DNA of 63,884 bases. Origin: a virus. The notes below the pieces were generated by a model, which was given only the letters and a program-made list of their open reading frames with translations, ran no database searches and had not been told where the DNA came from. The DNA lies in IMG/VR virus record IMGVR_UViG_3300045988_069167, one strand, 5' to 3'. The position numbers and the translations under genes are program-made. Of this stretch, positions 18,801-24,413 are shown piece after piece (position 1 is the first letter of the stretch; each line of letters opens with the position of its first letter).

Positions 18801-20516
18801 GAAGACTTGAAGAAGAAATTCAAGAATGACTTGAAGGATTTGGATAGATGGAAGGCGAACCCAGTAAAGGTAGGGCACACCATCATGGATGGCATTGAGT
18901 TCCTGAACAGAATGATTGAGGATAGTAACCGATTTGCGGTTTACATGACCTCTATTCAGTATGGACGTTCCATTGATGAGGCTGTGAATGATGCCAAGGA
19001 CGTGACCCTGAACTTCAATCGCAAGGGTACTGGCGAATATGGCTGGCAGATGATTAGAAACCTCTATCTCTTCATCAACCCAGCAGTACAGAGTTTACAG
19101 ACCTTGGGTGCGCTTGTCAAACATCATCCTTTCAAGTTCACGGCTGTTACTGCATCATGGTTGGCGAGTGGTGTGCTGGTTCCTATCGTTAACGCTGCCC
19201 TGATGAGTCTGTTGGGCGGTGATGATGATAAGGATAAGTACTGGCAGTTCTCCAAGTGGGATAGACGGAACAACCTGATTATGTGGGTTCCTTTCACTCA
19301 TGAGTATGTGAAGATTCCGCTTGCTCAGGAGTTCCGTGCTTTCTACGGATTGGGAGATATGATTGCATCCAAGATGATGGGTGGCGAGTTGGCTGAGGAG
19401 AGTTGGAGTCAGTATGCAGAAGACTTGCTCGGTCAGGTAGTTGATATGCTTCCGCTCGACCCTACTGGATATGATGGCAATATTGCGGTCAGTCTGATGC
19501 CGAATGCTATTCGCCCAGTCTTTGAGTTGGCTTTCAATGTTGACTTCACTGGTAAGCCATTATTCAAGGAGACAGAGTATAATAAGTATGACCCTAACTT
19601 TACCAAGGCATACGTGGGCACTCCTGATTGGCTGGTACGTGCATCAAGGATGGTTAACTCAATCGGAAACGACTATCCTGATGTACAGCAGAATAGTATT
19701 GATGCTTTCGGTGACCCAAGATATAATCTGAATAACCCAGCGGTGGTTGATCACGTCTTGTCTTCCTATCTTGGTGGTGCATACACCATGGGTAGTCAGG
19801 TGCTTGGTTTGCTTACTAAGTCACTCAACGACCCGAAGGAAATCAAGGTGGCTGATATTCCATTATTCAGCAAGTTCGTCAGCAATCCTGATGATAGACC
19901 AGTTACTAAGAAACAAGGTGATGAGTTCTGGAATATGAAGGAGAACCACGACCGTGCAGCCAATACCCTGAGCAAGTTGAAGAAACAAGCCAAGGTGGAT
20001 GGCGATTACTCGATGCTGGAGCGGTTCTACGGATCTGAGGAGTATAAGCAGTACAAGCAGGATGATGTGAAGGTGAAGAAGTATGAGGAAGACAAGAAGA
20101 AGGAACGTGCTGAGGAGAGTGGAGAGGAGTATAGACCTCACAAGTTGAATGCCGAGGATATATATAAGGCTCACGCTACTCCGAAGGATGATTTCGAGGA
20201 CTTGAAGCTGAAACAACTCTACACTAAGTTGAACGGATATAAGTCTGCATACGACCTCTTGGTTGATACGGCTTCTAGTCAGAGCGATGGCTACTACAAC
20301 ACCAACAAGGCTGCCATTGATGCCATTGACGAGATTTCCCTTGATAAGCAGGAGATTTCCGAGTTAAAGAAAGGCTTCTTGGACGATGGCAAGGATGCCT
20401 ACAACGCTGAGGACATGAAACAGATTCGTGAACTGAGAAAGAAGATTCTTTCCGTGCTGGAGAGGGCTAACAAGGTAGTTGTGGCTAACCAGAAGGCGAA
20501 GGCTAAGAAAAAATAA
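3873..20516 (+). CDS. Giant multidomain polyvalent-type protein (5,547 aa), probably virion-packaged and ejected
   Basis: One uninterrupted 16,644-nt ORF. Contains HEMTH and HEMIH zincin motifs, a duplicated YHGS...GWG.Y module and a pyrophosphatase-like IENPKGS...DGDHLDMF motif. The C5-MTase motifs are complete (FSGGG, SPVCKNYS, ENV, TNRERL, GNGIP). There are 11 [KRS][FY]S[LI][KR] junction motifs and a C-terminal TM segment. Confidence 0.9.
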   Translation: MAERPLYTLYKNLKAQNYDVPNDYNKFESALTRDGKSGADNRHAIYENLKAQNFDVPDTYERFYSALFEPRSKTSSRAKGGSVPMSAADRARFSAGAAAISASAQQTMNNVGRYNRLKQRKQKQQKDFGRVNLGTHKTAFGGDANNVVKDDFAYNPETGKAGAYVTSDNENVYSQNDAEQKQNLLDKYGEEWNNAVDMGVVPSELDKADPDLSDTDVAMRQMERRQEWLDENQNRRSKELNESMHLQGSPFVASGGAVAPSSFNTAISNEANRLSDVEYGAYNTAKAYNQMLRTTLLQELKEQKQRNENAGWWKDKWNDVSNYFGAMFNTMLDPKLYSQGIMDAAIANNLLQVKKGMEDGTIKKGSNAGNAAQAMLGAIQQQQGEAAKQQQYGTKAYQYGDMSGRSLKFMADFALSGWRNVMTTGFTKTGEKVGEKMALGALGKWFTKNTGRVLGDIAGSAALAATNQLGSTYNNVIERYVGMNNENGGVTQDKNGDLKFNEGVSLGRAIKDGFGSATIENFSEMFGEYLPGASKLLSKLGLSKVSSFFEKIGNNAYYKWLSNATNKSGIQGVMAEISEEEFGTALHAAWGDGDGSWSDFNVFTNPDAREKQIDTCLGMFYSVGFMQAPRTAVGAINAVRYFNIKHQVTKADKFGQMMFNDKWEEIKDKIDVTTNADLTKTVLEATRSDSMTAKQKGAVINYAMFLSKLRGFNQASDAKTKDKVEEGETAPTLSNDLDDAYTEGHNADDTDKHNIQLEQNDKANELAAMLHITPEQLHDMADEDLEAMNGQDDKLDQAIYDYQVSTAKYQGVMDGAQDEVDMAAHQAAMETDNMTDLSRGTVRKATIKATGGLEDYEVYIISGNIATHDDGSIDVGNSDDMIIYYDPTTGRKEHADAMMFADLIEELPAADVKAQAINDAKENAIKKIAGIIDGTVEVGSQFSVTDADGTEHTYEVLADNGDGTAMITIDGNVPTELVKGENVQIPYSFADLQQMKDMEDQKRMEAAKAEREQMEKERAEQQTQETEETQPSFDFNQILNDDGNVVLTDVLGKDGNTKYPNSQLFLIRDSGAKAKVMELKSDGTLVPHAVNKKDVRTATTMSLDEYKQAFAASSMIEDNSGENRGEIEVEAPTIEGETAAPESAETPATEQTPAAPAITLEDGTIVPMLEDGNPDFSKLTAEQTAELYDSQFGEDADNVISGWVSDAKKVLDKANNMTVKGKNFVEQKAAKDAKEKAIADAQAAYDSAIAIRDAYNERQLAKVEDTADGRKNLIEKARRKFARLKSAVKDDAEAVAQIYKETVSSLLHRLYDGTGIDVTDTNPLTAEEYVASNLSAHTLNYEGTETSKGVKQETGLSREDFAKTQLLAADGKGTTIDNLVHSLWENRPSNLDSLNTQDIRNALIGVLTSGFKASEARSYVENIRIAQAEKLIEEERTAAENATYYEQQKAKEEEEKKKAELEKKAEEENKKAKEEKTEDNEQTKFPEKLKEGSKAIEAPGDATDEKPFGEQLDEANLPFSAKENGKKQTTSERAADVEKNKVDDMKVVDNIVGEKTRKAFARLAKMMGANIQWQYSDKLGNGWIQETKDADGNVHRTIFITLDSSITEGAQFIFGHEMTHQIKNLNPAAYNELTQLVLDTYGSDAFDKAVDETMKRYSDAGFSGRAREYYAEEVVADAVGEMIRDLNLAHTLAMKMSHPLLAAIHEILQKIKLAFFGTEYSDVTKNIIRSIEQAYVKTAKGEVTNSETGEDVSFSLRQKPEPKKKGIGYKVFVLKDGKLYPPMVANPNGAATPVGVWLDADAAPIAGESKTGRPQVKQGGSGKLAYRPGWHLGVVPYAIQFNRKDAEGNKTLFPKNFVFAEVEYAADVDYQEEARQEGINPSGKYQHSLAGLKHLPTDGYYMYRTNPNPETDPWMITGAMKVNRILTRAEQADLVSNAGREPQQIQEGDIVTDDVVNSINQEIADAPKFSLKVYHGSGSDFTDFDFDHMGDGAGSQVFGWGGYVTSSKKIGKSYATLMDNDPSKAYFRIQRSNGTRFAKKYPTLESFLHGDKQIAMNDKFTEQEKIDYYNEMKKLAEPYHNLYEVDIPDDNGSNYLDWDKPLSKKQQDSIREGLEHLGVGIKTLESKGQSLERTGENVYNSTLYIGLTGTEYDLPEKTKGISKFLSSVGFTGIKYKAGRNFGGAKKGDTNYVIFEPEDMKITEHTKFSIKTYHGSQSSFDHFDHSFMGSGEGAQAYGWGTYVTEVEGIAKAYAKQNAAKRNTEYSSAKFEYDTAKSSYNFAKGTYDFRMQDIDKLNNTLKWAKEQLVKAKESNRKNWIDEFEARVADTERALKENQDKLQDEKAEMGKAKKEMDEAKKRLDAIPEPERNLYTVEIPDDTGSNYIEWDGKAPDGLKEKVLDRLYNERREDFVDKMRKAGFNDDQIKEEADYTVNKEEMADTYLKHSATGGGLYRDLSYYLGEQKKASLFLKDMGIDGVKVIAKRNAGGNKEGKMNYVIFDENNAQIISHTKFSLRLKSAIDETETNPSDAQKESGNYKKGHIKFGGYDYTIENPKGSTRSGKDANGKEWKVTMHDTYGYIRGKFGKDGDHLDMFINDKADLDNWNGDVFVVDQVNPDGSFDEHKVMYGYDSMDDAKKSYLANYSDGWQGLGNITGASKDEFDKWLDTSNRKLKPFADYANVKFSLKDNQGNPLNQDGTLKLDKIKSVDELTDEDFLHPTRNVELPSLPNKIADAIGTEGKPVVIKKNIFERNYMRHKDVTPELSKTIFKSALYNTDLYGQNQKKTRPYNWVLINTKDEKGNNRTVLLEVNPNKDNVEIVHWHFVDERGLEKIKKQADREDGQLLILPSDKEEVGALSDPTVNLSAAKIDNSSETAKENGEKFSLKDDEYLKAVENGDMEKAQKMVNEAAEAAGYSTDSSYQGTSAFNGSAPWGNGYFLTKEERKEAWDNDEYDGDQTLGDYIHRGIDAMNLDFIALDPRNYRAADPMRKEAIDNVRNAIQKKSETITMYRSVPSDVKEGSFRNGDWVTPSRAYAVDNAKVHGWGDNFNIIEQKVPVDEIWWDGNDIAEWGYGREEDYVNDTDFAYKNTKNNRKLLDAVTYDDNGNVIPLSQRFNENNADVRYSLKDEKTMFGMHNISLDKLRKAIKQGGFAAPSMGVIDSKNGIYSGYGEITLIPKAEKIAKRTGKNIGTYAADAWTPIYPPVEKKFGGNGGDVAYDDIESVPKEMQSLTRNAINSFMDGRDTNSLAYLYLHEKGKAPELVHVEGKYPKELHDEVKGILGKLNGIYNTTDEQKEKLLDLFIREVYDGNKEEFDNDIKKFIKKDEEFIKKRPNSNISKDKQLDVDWMKEHGYDYGALSRFVDGILRDAETSGKVDENATMKAAQQYIQDKGMKEDFDSWKGKLNDRYQVEEVIFAGYKDDGNRKYLPNTVENAVKVMKQDGKNASVGSASFSHFVASILKPMGTLDQIRKKKGNLTGNYEDVEKFQEKWQPVYDELADKMQPDAEPFESYGMDRLEDAATQKNPKKYAKDEYGVDLTDEDIDKLNELIDAVKNEKPSIYFETKFMRPYGLDEFEKAIVPNDTPSDVIDALKMAGIDVSSYERGNAEDRQKVTMDAINSSDNIRFSLKSMMEKPEGWKQANKKTIHIAEAIERDPKFSLKNLDGTLIKAGTYFSGGGLVEEGLKGIIDPVVAVEYDEKISGVYRNNFGQHIVTADVRDVDPKELVKQIDGEVEYFHASPVCKNYSQAKSNHAEVELDKETAASTAEFINAIKPKVVTIENVKGYKDSEAMNIITDALDANGYTWDADVYNAADYGGYTNRERLIVRAVRDGKLPDKPKKMAHKSGWYEAVADIIPTLTEKKNGVAPWMDIRLKADGIDWRNIDKPLYVMGSAYADGKVPHAFADELLPTLRTKSGDVIVMPDGKVYRAMGRVLARVSGVSDDYKMPFSENLSHTIIGNGIPTQLTEHVIAPLLTGSDPKFSLKKTNNVKDSRIIPTDVDKRVSSQIEKKYDSAIKEVMNKVAERDKRLVSNYIDQDLSDFSKMRREDINQELKSNENWRRKNLREENREGSTYGITDARHRITEATAERELEYRDVRAKYLSETYGLQGGRQTSLDMVDRAFEDTLGNETNRGELRELYGKARKILVQVGAEFGGVDNAKQEGDLGFAGTDRDISLFIDTMTRTSTPQSELAHTILHEMIHQATIGSINLVKKGMADGMLTPKQIEAVNTIINTYDAYKADRRLVWEEDNYRDYGGKDEYEFAAEMADAKQRRILSIPYGERILNAANELKRVGDISLWQAIKNALRRLFEVSDKSKMDKALSDIMDDFNKNIDYISMNNIEETDFGLNGNTRFSLRYDKFEHDLNQWKKDNNLPKDAQRPTIPQRNAGESAVDFLRRVDEYRKQMALWKTAPTYEQHLLSDDTALGEFNRELQRGSVLKRIAFQDSMLAIRKAQEAIMKEVGVDRLNMAEDAYTAENRSHGKGKNEFEEYNNEFLQPLRKAYHQMKKVLGDSYDNVRIYMMAKHGLERDAQMAFKKSLEADYEDVAQRSAAYRAYKGDMNRMGNDSGFELGYIDFNTWRQKDDALRAKYSPSYMNYRYDKDGTAFDYSGLSALFGGSDFEEAASKLVRDIESSHVVEVQDLWNATNAATKKILRDGYKAGMMSKDTYQYVRDMYSHYIPLRGWDGTTADQVWDYIGGGKGAFNQILKTAHGRTSIADDPIAYIENMAESGILLNNKNWVKQHLMLLAQNHPTSLLTLSKAWYVKSVDDNGNEEWIPATPQITSQMDSNQVKAAIDAFEQKMEQMAQTGDATQKRDGLNIAYPQTHSEEREHEVRVMKDGEEYVIYVNGDPQLAQAMNNTRAHRVREIQSGKLDRAAAWLGRKMAAAYTSLSPLFIPSNYFRDLTMTLASTAIREDAKYNYLLRKNLATSWNLGFMLKDYQNGKLREKVSNGNATPKEQMFYDFMMNGGETGFVSSLDVEDLKKKFKNDLKDLDRWKANPVKVGHTIMDGIEFLNRMIEDSNRFAVYMTSIQYGRSIDEAVNDAKDVTLNFNRKGTGEYGWQMIRNLYLFINPAVQSLQTLGALVKHHPFKFTAVTASWLASGVLVPIVNAALMSLLGGDDDKDKYWQFSKWDRRNNLIMWVPFTHEYVKIPLAQEFRAFYGLGDMIASKMMGGELAEESWSQYAEDLLGQVVDMLPLDPTGYDGNIAVSLMPNAIRPVFELAFNVDFTGKPLFKETEYNKYDPNFTKAYVGTPDWLVRASRMVNSIGNDYPDVQQNSIDAFGDPRYNLNNPAVVDHVLSSYLGGAYTMGSQVLGLLTKSLNDPKEIKVADIPLFSKFVSNPDDRPVTKKQGDEFWNMKENHDRAANTLSKLKKQAKVDGDYSMLERFYGSEEYKQYKQDDVKVKKYEEDKKKERAEESGEEYRPHKLNAEDIYKAHATPKDDFEDLKLKQLYTKLNGYKSAYDLLVDTASSQSDGYYNTNKAAIDAIDEISLDKQEISELKKGFLDDGKDAYNAEDMKQIRELRKKILSVLERANKVVVANQKAKAKKK
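8580..8935 (+). other. Domain of giant ORF: zincin-like metallopeptidase module 1
   Basis: FIFGHEMTHQIKN, with HEMTH at 8718-8732 (aa 1616-1620). A downstream acidic helix reads YYAEEVVADAVGEM. Confidence 0.6.
9774..11399 (+). other. Domain of giant ORF: tandem duplicated module (aa 1968-2205 and 2206-2509)
   Basis: Both copies start KFS[LI]K.YHGS..F..FD...MG.G.G.Q..GWG.Y.T. Both contain NLY.V[ED]IPDD.GSNY..WD and end NYVIF[ED]......HTKFS. The second copy carries a coiled-coil insertion. Confidence 0.8.
11415..11912 (+). other. Domain of giant ORF: inorganic-pyrophosphatase-like module
   Basis: GNYKKGHIKFGGYDYTIENPKGSTRSG...YGYIRGKFGKDGDHLDMFIND. Matches 6 of the 7 positions of the family I PPase D-x-D-P-x-D-x signature, preceded by an E.PKG-like strand. 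Confidence 0.5.
14844..15797 (+). other. Domain of giant ORF: complete DNA (cytosine-5) methyltransferase
   Basis: Motif I YFSGGG, IV SPVCKNYS (catalytic Cys at 15084-15086), VI ENVKG, VIII TNRERLIV, IX RVLARVSGVSDDY, X GNGIPTQL. Bounded by KFSLK motifs at 14829 and 15798. Confidence 0.8.
16320..16740 (+). other. Domain of giant ORF: zincin-like metallopeptidase module 2
   Basis: AHTILHEMIHQATIGS, with HEMIH at 16452-16466 (aa 4194-4198). Confidence 0.6.
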
Positions 20517-20524
20517 ATATGGCT

Positions 20525-20562
20525 ATCCCCTGAAAGTATAAGGCTTTCGGGGGATATTTACT
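20525..20562 (+). terminator. Rho-independent terminator after the giant ORF
   Basis: atcccctgaaag / ctttcgggggat stem (one bulge) at 20525-20555, followed by a T-rich tail, 9 nt after the TAA stop. Confidence 0.7.
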
Positions 20563-20758
20563 TTCATTCTGAAACTTTTTGTCTCTTTAATTTGAGTAAA
20601 ACTTTCAATCTGTTAGTATTTGCAAAGTTTAATATTTAAAGTTTTATATAAATCAATATATTCCATTCCTTTTTTATTAGATTTGCCAAATCTAAGAACG
20701 TTTATAAATTCTATAATTTGAAAATTCTCAATCAAAAATAAACTAAAAATGAAGGCTT

Positions 20759-21238
20759 ATGAAACAAGATGATGATGAAGACCAACGGGTCAGGAAATTG
20801 ATAGGAGAGATAACTAAACTTCTCCCTGAACGCAGTAAAATAAAAACAGATTTACTTTACTTTAAGTATGCACCAATCTTGGTCATGCTTATCAGATGGT
20901 ATGGTGTATCTCAATTCTATGACAACAAGATGGAGATTACCCTTTGGTATGAAGAGAACGAAGAACCCGTCTGGTTCTTCTATTTCATCACTTATATCCT
21001 TTACCCTATTTCCCTTTGGAAAGGTCAGGTGTTACACAGATTGTGCGTGGAGTGGCGAATACCTCTCTTGTATATAGCAGGGGTCAATGTGATACACGTC
21101 ATGTTTGGCTCTGTTGTTGTCACTAACGATATGTATTATTGTGATATGTTCCTGATTACACTCATTCTAATTCTATATGCTTATGTCGCAATTAGTAAAT
21201 TACAGAATCATAGAGGCAGGACTTCGTGTTCTTGCTGA
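20759..21238 (+). CDS. Hypothetical integral membrane protein (about 4 TM helices)
   Basis: 159-aa ORF with several hydrophobic helices (YAPILVMLIRWYG, WFFYFITYILYPI, LLYIAGVNVIHVMFGSVVV, MFLITLILILYAYVAI). Confidence 0.65.
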   Translation: MKQDDDEDQRVRKLIGEITKLLPERSKIKTDLLYFKYAPILVMLIRWYGVSQFYDNKMEITLWYEENEEPVWFFYFITYILYPISLWKGQVLHRLCVEWRIPLLYIAGVNVIHVMFGSVVVTNDMYYCDMFLITLILILYAYVAISKLQNHRGRTSCSC

Positions 21239-21554
21239 TAAGGCGCATGAATCAGCAGTAGCGCAAGAAGAAGGCAAACCTATACCTTGTGGTCTGTCAG
21301 AAGGGGACTTGGAACTGGTAGCACTCCTTACTGCCATGATGAATGATACGCAAGCCAATAAGGGATGGTGTGCTCACGAAATGGGTAAGTCTATCTCGTC
21401 ATTCGAGAAGTATGTTCACGATGGCAAGATACCAGAAGGCATCCATGACCAGTTTGGGCATGAGAAAAAGTGGAATAAATCCCTTATCCGATTCTTTGCT
21501 AACAAGAAGGCTTTCTTCCGTAAGCAAGCAAAGAAGTATGGCATAAATATTTAG
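21177..21554 (+). CDS. Hypothetical protein, possible HTH
   Basis: 125-aa ORF overlapping the previous gene by 62 nt, so the start is uncertain. The segment MGKSISSFEKYVHDGKIPEG is HTH-like. Confidence 0.5.
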   Translation: MLMSQLVNYRIIEAGLRVLADKAHESAVAQEEGKPIPCGLSEGDLELVALLTAMMNDTQANKGWCAHEMGKSISSFEKYVHDGKIPEGIHDQFGHEKKWNKSLIRFFANKKAFFRKQAKKYGINI

Positions 21555-21695
21555 AAATAGCTAAACTGATACATATAGGAGAAACTAAATAGCCTCTCCT
21601 ATACTCTTATGACCTTTTCCGTAATCGCAAATCACTGCTATTCAAATACTTAAACAACCTTTTACGAGTTTATCAATACATATCCATATTATTCG

Positions 21696-21703
21696 TATCT
21701 TTG
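21696..21703 (+). promoter_or_regulatory. -7 box TATCTTTG
   Basis: In the 140-nt AT-rich gap, 60 nt upstream of the ATG at 21763. Confidence 0.5.
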
Positions 21704-21762
21704 TGTCCGTAACGTTACAGAGTGAGTATCATTTTATGTTTAACAAAAGATTTCAGGATAAT

Positions 21763-22710
21763 ATGGAAAGTAAAACGTATGTATTCGGAAACGAAGGCTC
21801 AACATCCAACAATGGGATGCTCGGTCTTCTTGCGCCTCTGCTCCAGAAGCAGGGTGTTGACCCAAATGTCCTCCTTGCCATGAAGGGTAACAATGGTTTC
21901 GGTGGTGAAGGTGGATGGTTCATGTGGGTAATCTTCCTTTTCTTCCTCATGGGCTGGGGAGGTAACGGCTGGGGAGGTTTCGGCAATAATGGTCGTGGTG
22001 GTCTCGCCAACGAGATTAACAATGACTATGGTCGTGGTCTCCTGATGGATGCCATCGGTGGCAACCGTAATGCACTCAGCAATTTGGCTACCCAGTTGAA
22101 CTGTACCGAAGGTCAGATTCAGAGTGCCATTTCCGCCTTGACCTCTCAGGTTCAGAGTGTAGGTAATCAGGTAGGTATGAGTGGTATGCAGACTATCAAC
22201 GCTTTGCAGCAGGGTAATATGCAGATTGCTCAGCAGATTGCTAACTGCTGCTGCGAGAACCGCTTGGCTATCTGCCAGCAGACTGGTACCTTGCAGAATG
22301 CCATCAACAATGTGGCTACTGGTCAGGAGCGTGGCTTCTCTAACGTAGCTTACGAGACTCAGCGACAGACTTGTGACTTGCACAACGCTATCAAGGAGAG
22401 TACTCAGACCATCGTTGATGGTCAGAAGCAAGCTGAAATGCGTGAAATGCAGAACAAGATTGATGCACTCCGTGAGGAGAATAGCACCTTTAAGTCTTCT
22501 GCAATGACCTCTCAGATTGTAGGTCAGGCGGTGGCTCCTATCAATGCGGTATTGGCTGGCTTGCAGAACGAGGTGGCTGGTATCAAGTGTAAGTTGCCTG
22601 AGACCGTGACCACTCCTTACAGCCCATTTACGGCAGTCCCTAACTGCGTGGCTTATCAGGCTGGTTTGTACGGACTGAATGCTGCCAACAATGCAGGATT
22701 CTGGGGTTAA
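21763..22710 (+). CDS. Hypothetical protein: Gly/Trp-rich TM segment plus Gln/Asn-rich coiled coil with Cys cluster
   Basis: ATG at 21763 (the tracked ORF starts at a GTG at 21703). Sequence features: GGWFMWVIFLFFLMGWGGNGWGGFGNNGRGG, then QIANCCCENRLAICQQ and heptad-like Q/N repeats. Confidence 0.7.
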   Translation: MESKTYVFGNEGSTSNNGMLGLLAPLLQKQGVDPNVLLAMKGNNGFGGEGGWFMWVIFLFFLMGWGGNGWGGFGNNGRGGLANEINNDYGRGLLMDAIGGNRNALSNLATQLNCTEGQIQSAISALTSQVQSVGNQVGMSGMQTINALQQGNMQIAQQIANCCCENRLAICQQTGTLQNAINNVATGQERGFSNVAYETQRQTCDLHNAIKESTQTIVDGQKQAEMREMQNKIDALREENSTFKSSAMTSQIVGQAVAPINAVLAGLQNEVAGIKCKLPETVTTPYSPFTAVPNCVAYQAGLYGLNAANNAGFWG

Positions 22711-22725
22711 AGAAAGGAGGCTGCT

Positions 22726-23070
22726 ATGTTATGGTTAAGACCTTACACATGGGTGAATCGTAATGGTTCGGCAGCTATCGCTTCTACGGGCGTGGTGGTG
22801 AACACCAACAATGTTGTTTTCTCGTTCAAAAACCACGCCTTCGTGAATGCCAGCTACAGAGGAACGATTTTCGTAAATCTGAATCAGGCTATTCCGACAG
22901 GAACGACTGGTACACTGCCTATCCTTTTCGAGACCAACGGAGTGACACAGGCTGTAACCAAGTTTAATGGTGAAGCATTGACGGTTGCAGACGTGCCTGG
23001 GACTGGAGTGTTTCAGCTCTGGTTTGAGAGAGATACTAACACCCTACAGATGATGTCGGGTATTGTTTAA
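22726..23070 (+). CDS. Hypothetical protein
   Basis: 114-aa ORF preceded by AAGGAGG with a 5-nt spacer. Confidence 0.7.
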   Translation: MLWLRPYTWVNRNGSAAIASTGVVVNTNNVVFSFKNHAFVNASYRGTIFVNLNQAIPTGTTGTLPILFETNGVTQAVTKFNGEALTVADVPGTGVFQLWFERDTNTLQMMSGIV

Positions 23071-23097
23071 CAAGAATAGATAATAGGAGATTACATT

Positions 23098-23598
23098 ATG
23101 TTTCAAGGTTTAAGAACTAATTCCTTATTTTATGTTCTCGACAAGGGTGAGAATCCTAACTTGCGAATCGGTCAGGTGGTTTCAGTCAGCAACCCTCAGA
23201 CAAAATATCCATCCTTCAACAACGGCTTCACACCTCAGCCTATGGAAACTGTGGTTGATGTGAAGGTGAAGCTGGGTGACGAGGAAGTGGATTTCAAGCA
23301 ACTGCCTGCTAACGGACAGATAGCCAACGACAAGAACCTTGTGGTTAGCGACAACAAGGATGCCATGAGTGCCGAGGTGGATGCCATGCTGAGACAATCC
23401 AAGGCGATACTGGAGAGCGTAGATTACAACAAGAGGGTAGTAGAATCTTGTGAGGGAATGCTACAGCAACTCAACCCCCAGATGGCCAAGGAGAAGGAAC
23501 AGACCGAGAAAATCAACAAGCTGGAAGGTAAGGTTTCGGGCATTGAGGGAAAGATTGACAAGATGATGGGATGGCTCCAGCAGACCATGAGCAAGTAA
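23098..23598 (+). CDS. Hypothetical protein with C-terminal coiled coil
   Basis: 166-aa ORF with GGAG upstream. C-terminus reads EKEQTEKINKLEGKVSGIEGKIDKMMGWLQQ. Confidence 0.7.
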   Translation: MFQGLRTNSLFYVLDKGENPNLRIGQVVSVSNPQTKYPSFNNGFTPQPMETVVDVKVKLGDEEVDFKQLPANGQIANDKNLVVSDNKDAMSAEVDAMLRQSKAILESVDYNKRVVESCEGMLQQLNPQMAKEKEQTEKINKLEGKVSGIEGKIDKMMGWLQQTMSK

Positions 23599-23629
23599 TC
23601 TCCTACCTATCTATTCACTTTAATATCTT

Positions 23630-23917
23630 ATGATTATGGTAATGATTGAGATTACAGAAGATAAGTTCGATGATTTGTATGACAACATCGAGTCTATGCT
23701 TGGTTTTGGCAGCAAGGCTATGTCTTGTCTGAAAAAGATGAAGCAGGAGCGTATGGGTGAACGTATGCCTGATTATCGTGACGATTGGAGAAGGGAGCGT
23801 GAGGAACGTGAAGAGCGTGAGAACAGACGCAGATTCAACAACGTGAACGATGATTGGAACTACCCGAACCGCTATGGCGAAAGAGGTGGTGGCGGCTACA
23901 ATGGTGGCGGTCGCTAA
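23630..23917 (+). CDS. Hypothetical Arg/Glu-rich protein with Gly-rich tail
   Basis: 95-aa ORF containing RREREEREERENRRRF...GERGGGGYNGGGR. Confidence 0.6.
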   Translation: MIMVMIEITEDKFDDLYDNIESMLGFGSKAMSCLKKMKQERMGERMPDYRDDWRREREEREERENRRRFNNVNDDWNYPNRYGERGGGGYNGGGR

Positions 23918-23984
23918 TGTTTAACTTGGGAGTTTTGGTATAGGCATTTATGTCGGGACCAGACTCCCTTTAATATTCAGCAAT

Positions 23985-24413
23985 ATGGGAAAATGCAGAA
24001 TGCCATTGGATATGTATGACCTCAAACCCGAGGCAATGGTTGCCTATCTTAGATACAATGGCTATCATTTCAGTAAGAAGATGTGCGAGTGGGCGGTTGG
24101 TCAGATGTATAAGTATGATCATTCCTCCAAGCGTGATGTAAGTATCTCGTTTTGGGATAAGGAGAAGGTGGATGCCTTGCTGCTTGGTCAGGGAATAGAG
24201 GTGAAGAACAAGATAGGCTACGACCATGTATATGTGGCGAATATGGCTAGGGCAGACTTCTATAAGTCTTCTATCAAGGATGAGGAGCAGCTTGCCCAGT
24301 TCATCAAGGATATGGTGGATGATGCCGACCAGAAGGATGGATTCATCTTCAACCGATTTTATGCCGACTGCTGCCACAATGGTGTGCCTATCCCTTGGGA
24401 AGATGTGTTATGA
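23985..24413 (+). CDS. Hypothetical protein
   Basis: 142-aa ORF. Its stop overlaps the next start (ATGATGA). Confidence 0.65.
   Translation: MGKCRMPLDMYDLKPEAMVAYLRYNGYHFSKKMCEWAVGQMYKYDHSSKRDVSISFWDKEKVDALLLGQGIEVKNKIGYDHVYVANMARADFYKSSIKDEEQLAQFIKDMVDDADQKDGFIFNRFYADCCHNGVPIPWEDVL

Noticed and set aside
4177-20216. Dozens of minus-strand and off-frame ORFs of 60-443 aa inside the giant gene (for example 14058-15389, 6201-6962, 7401-8213, 8337-9146, 12795-13550, 17694-18452).
   Set aside because: All lie entirely within the 16.6-kb plus-strand ORF, which has strong protein motifs. Their translations are Leu/Ser/Ile-rich with low-complexity antisense-type composition and no motifs. They are shadow ORFs.
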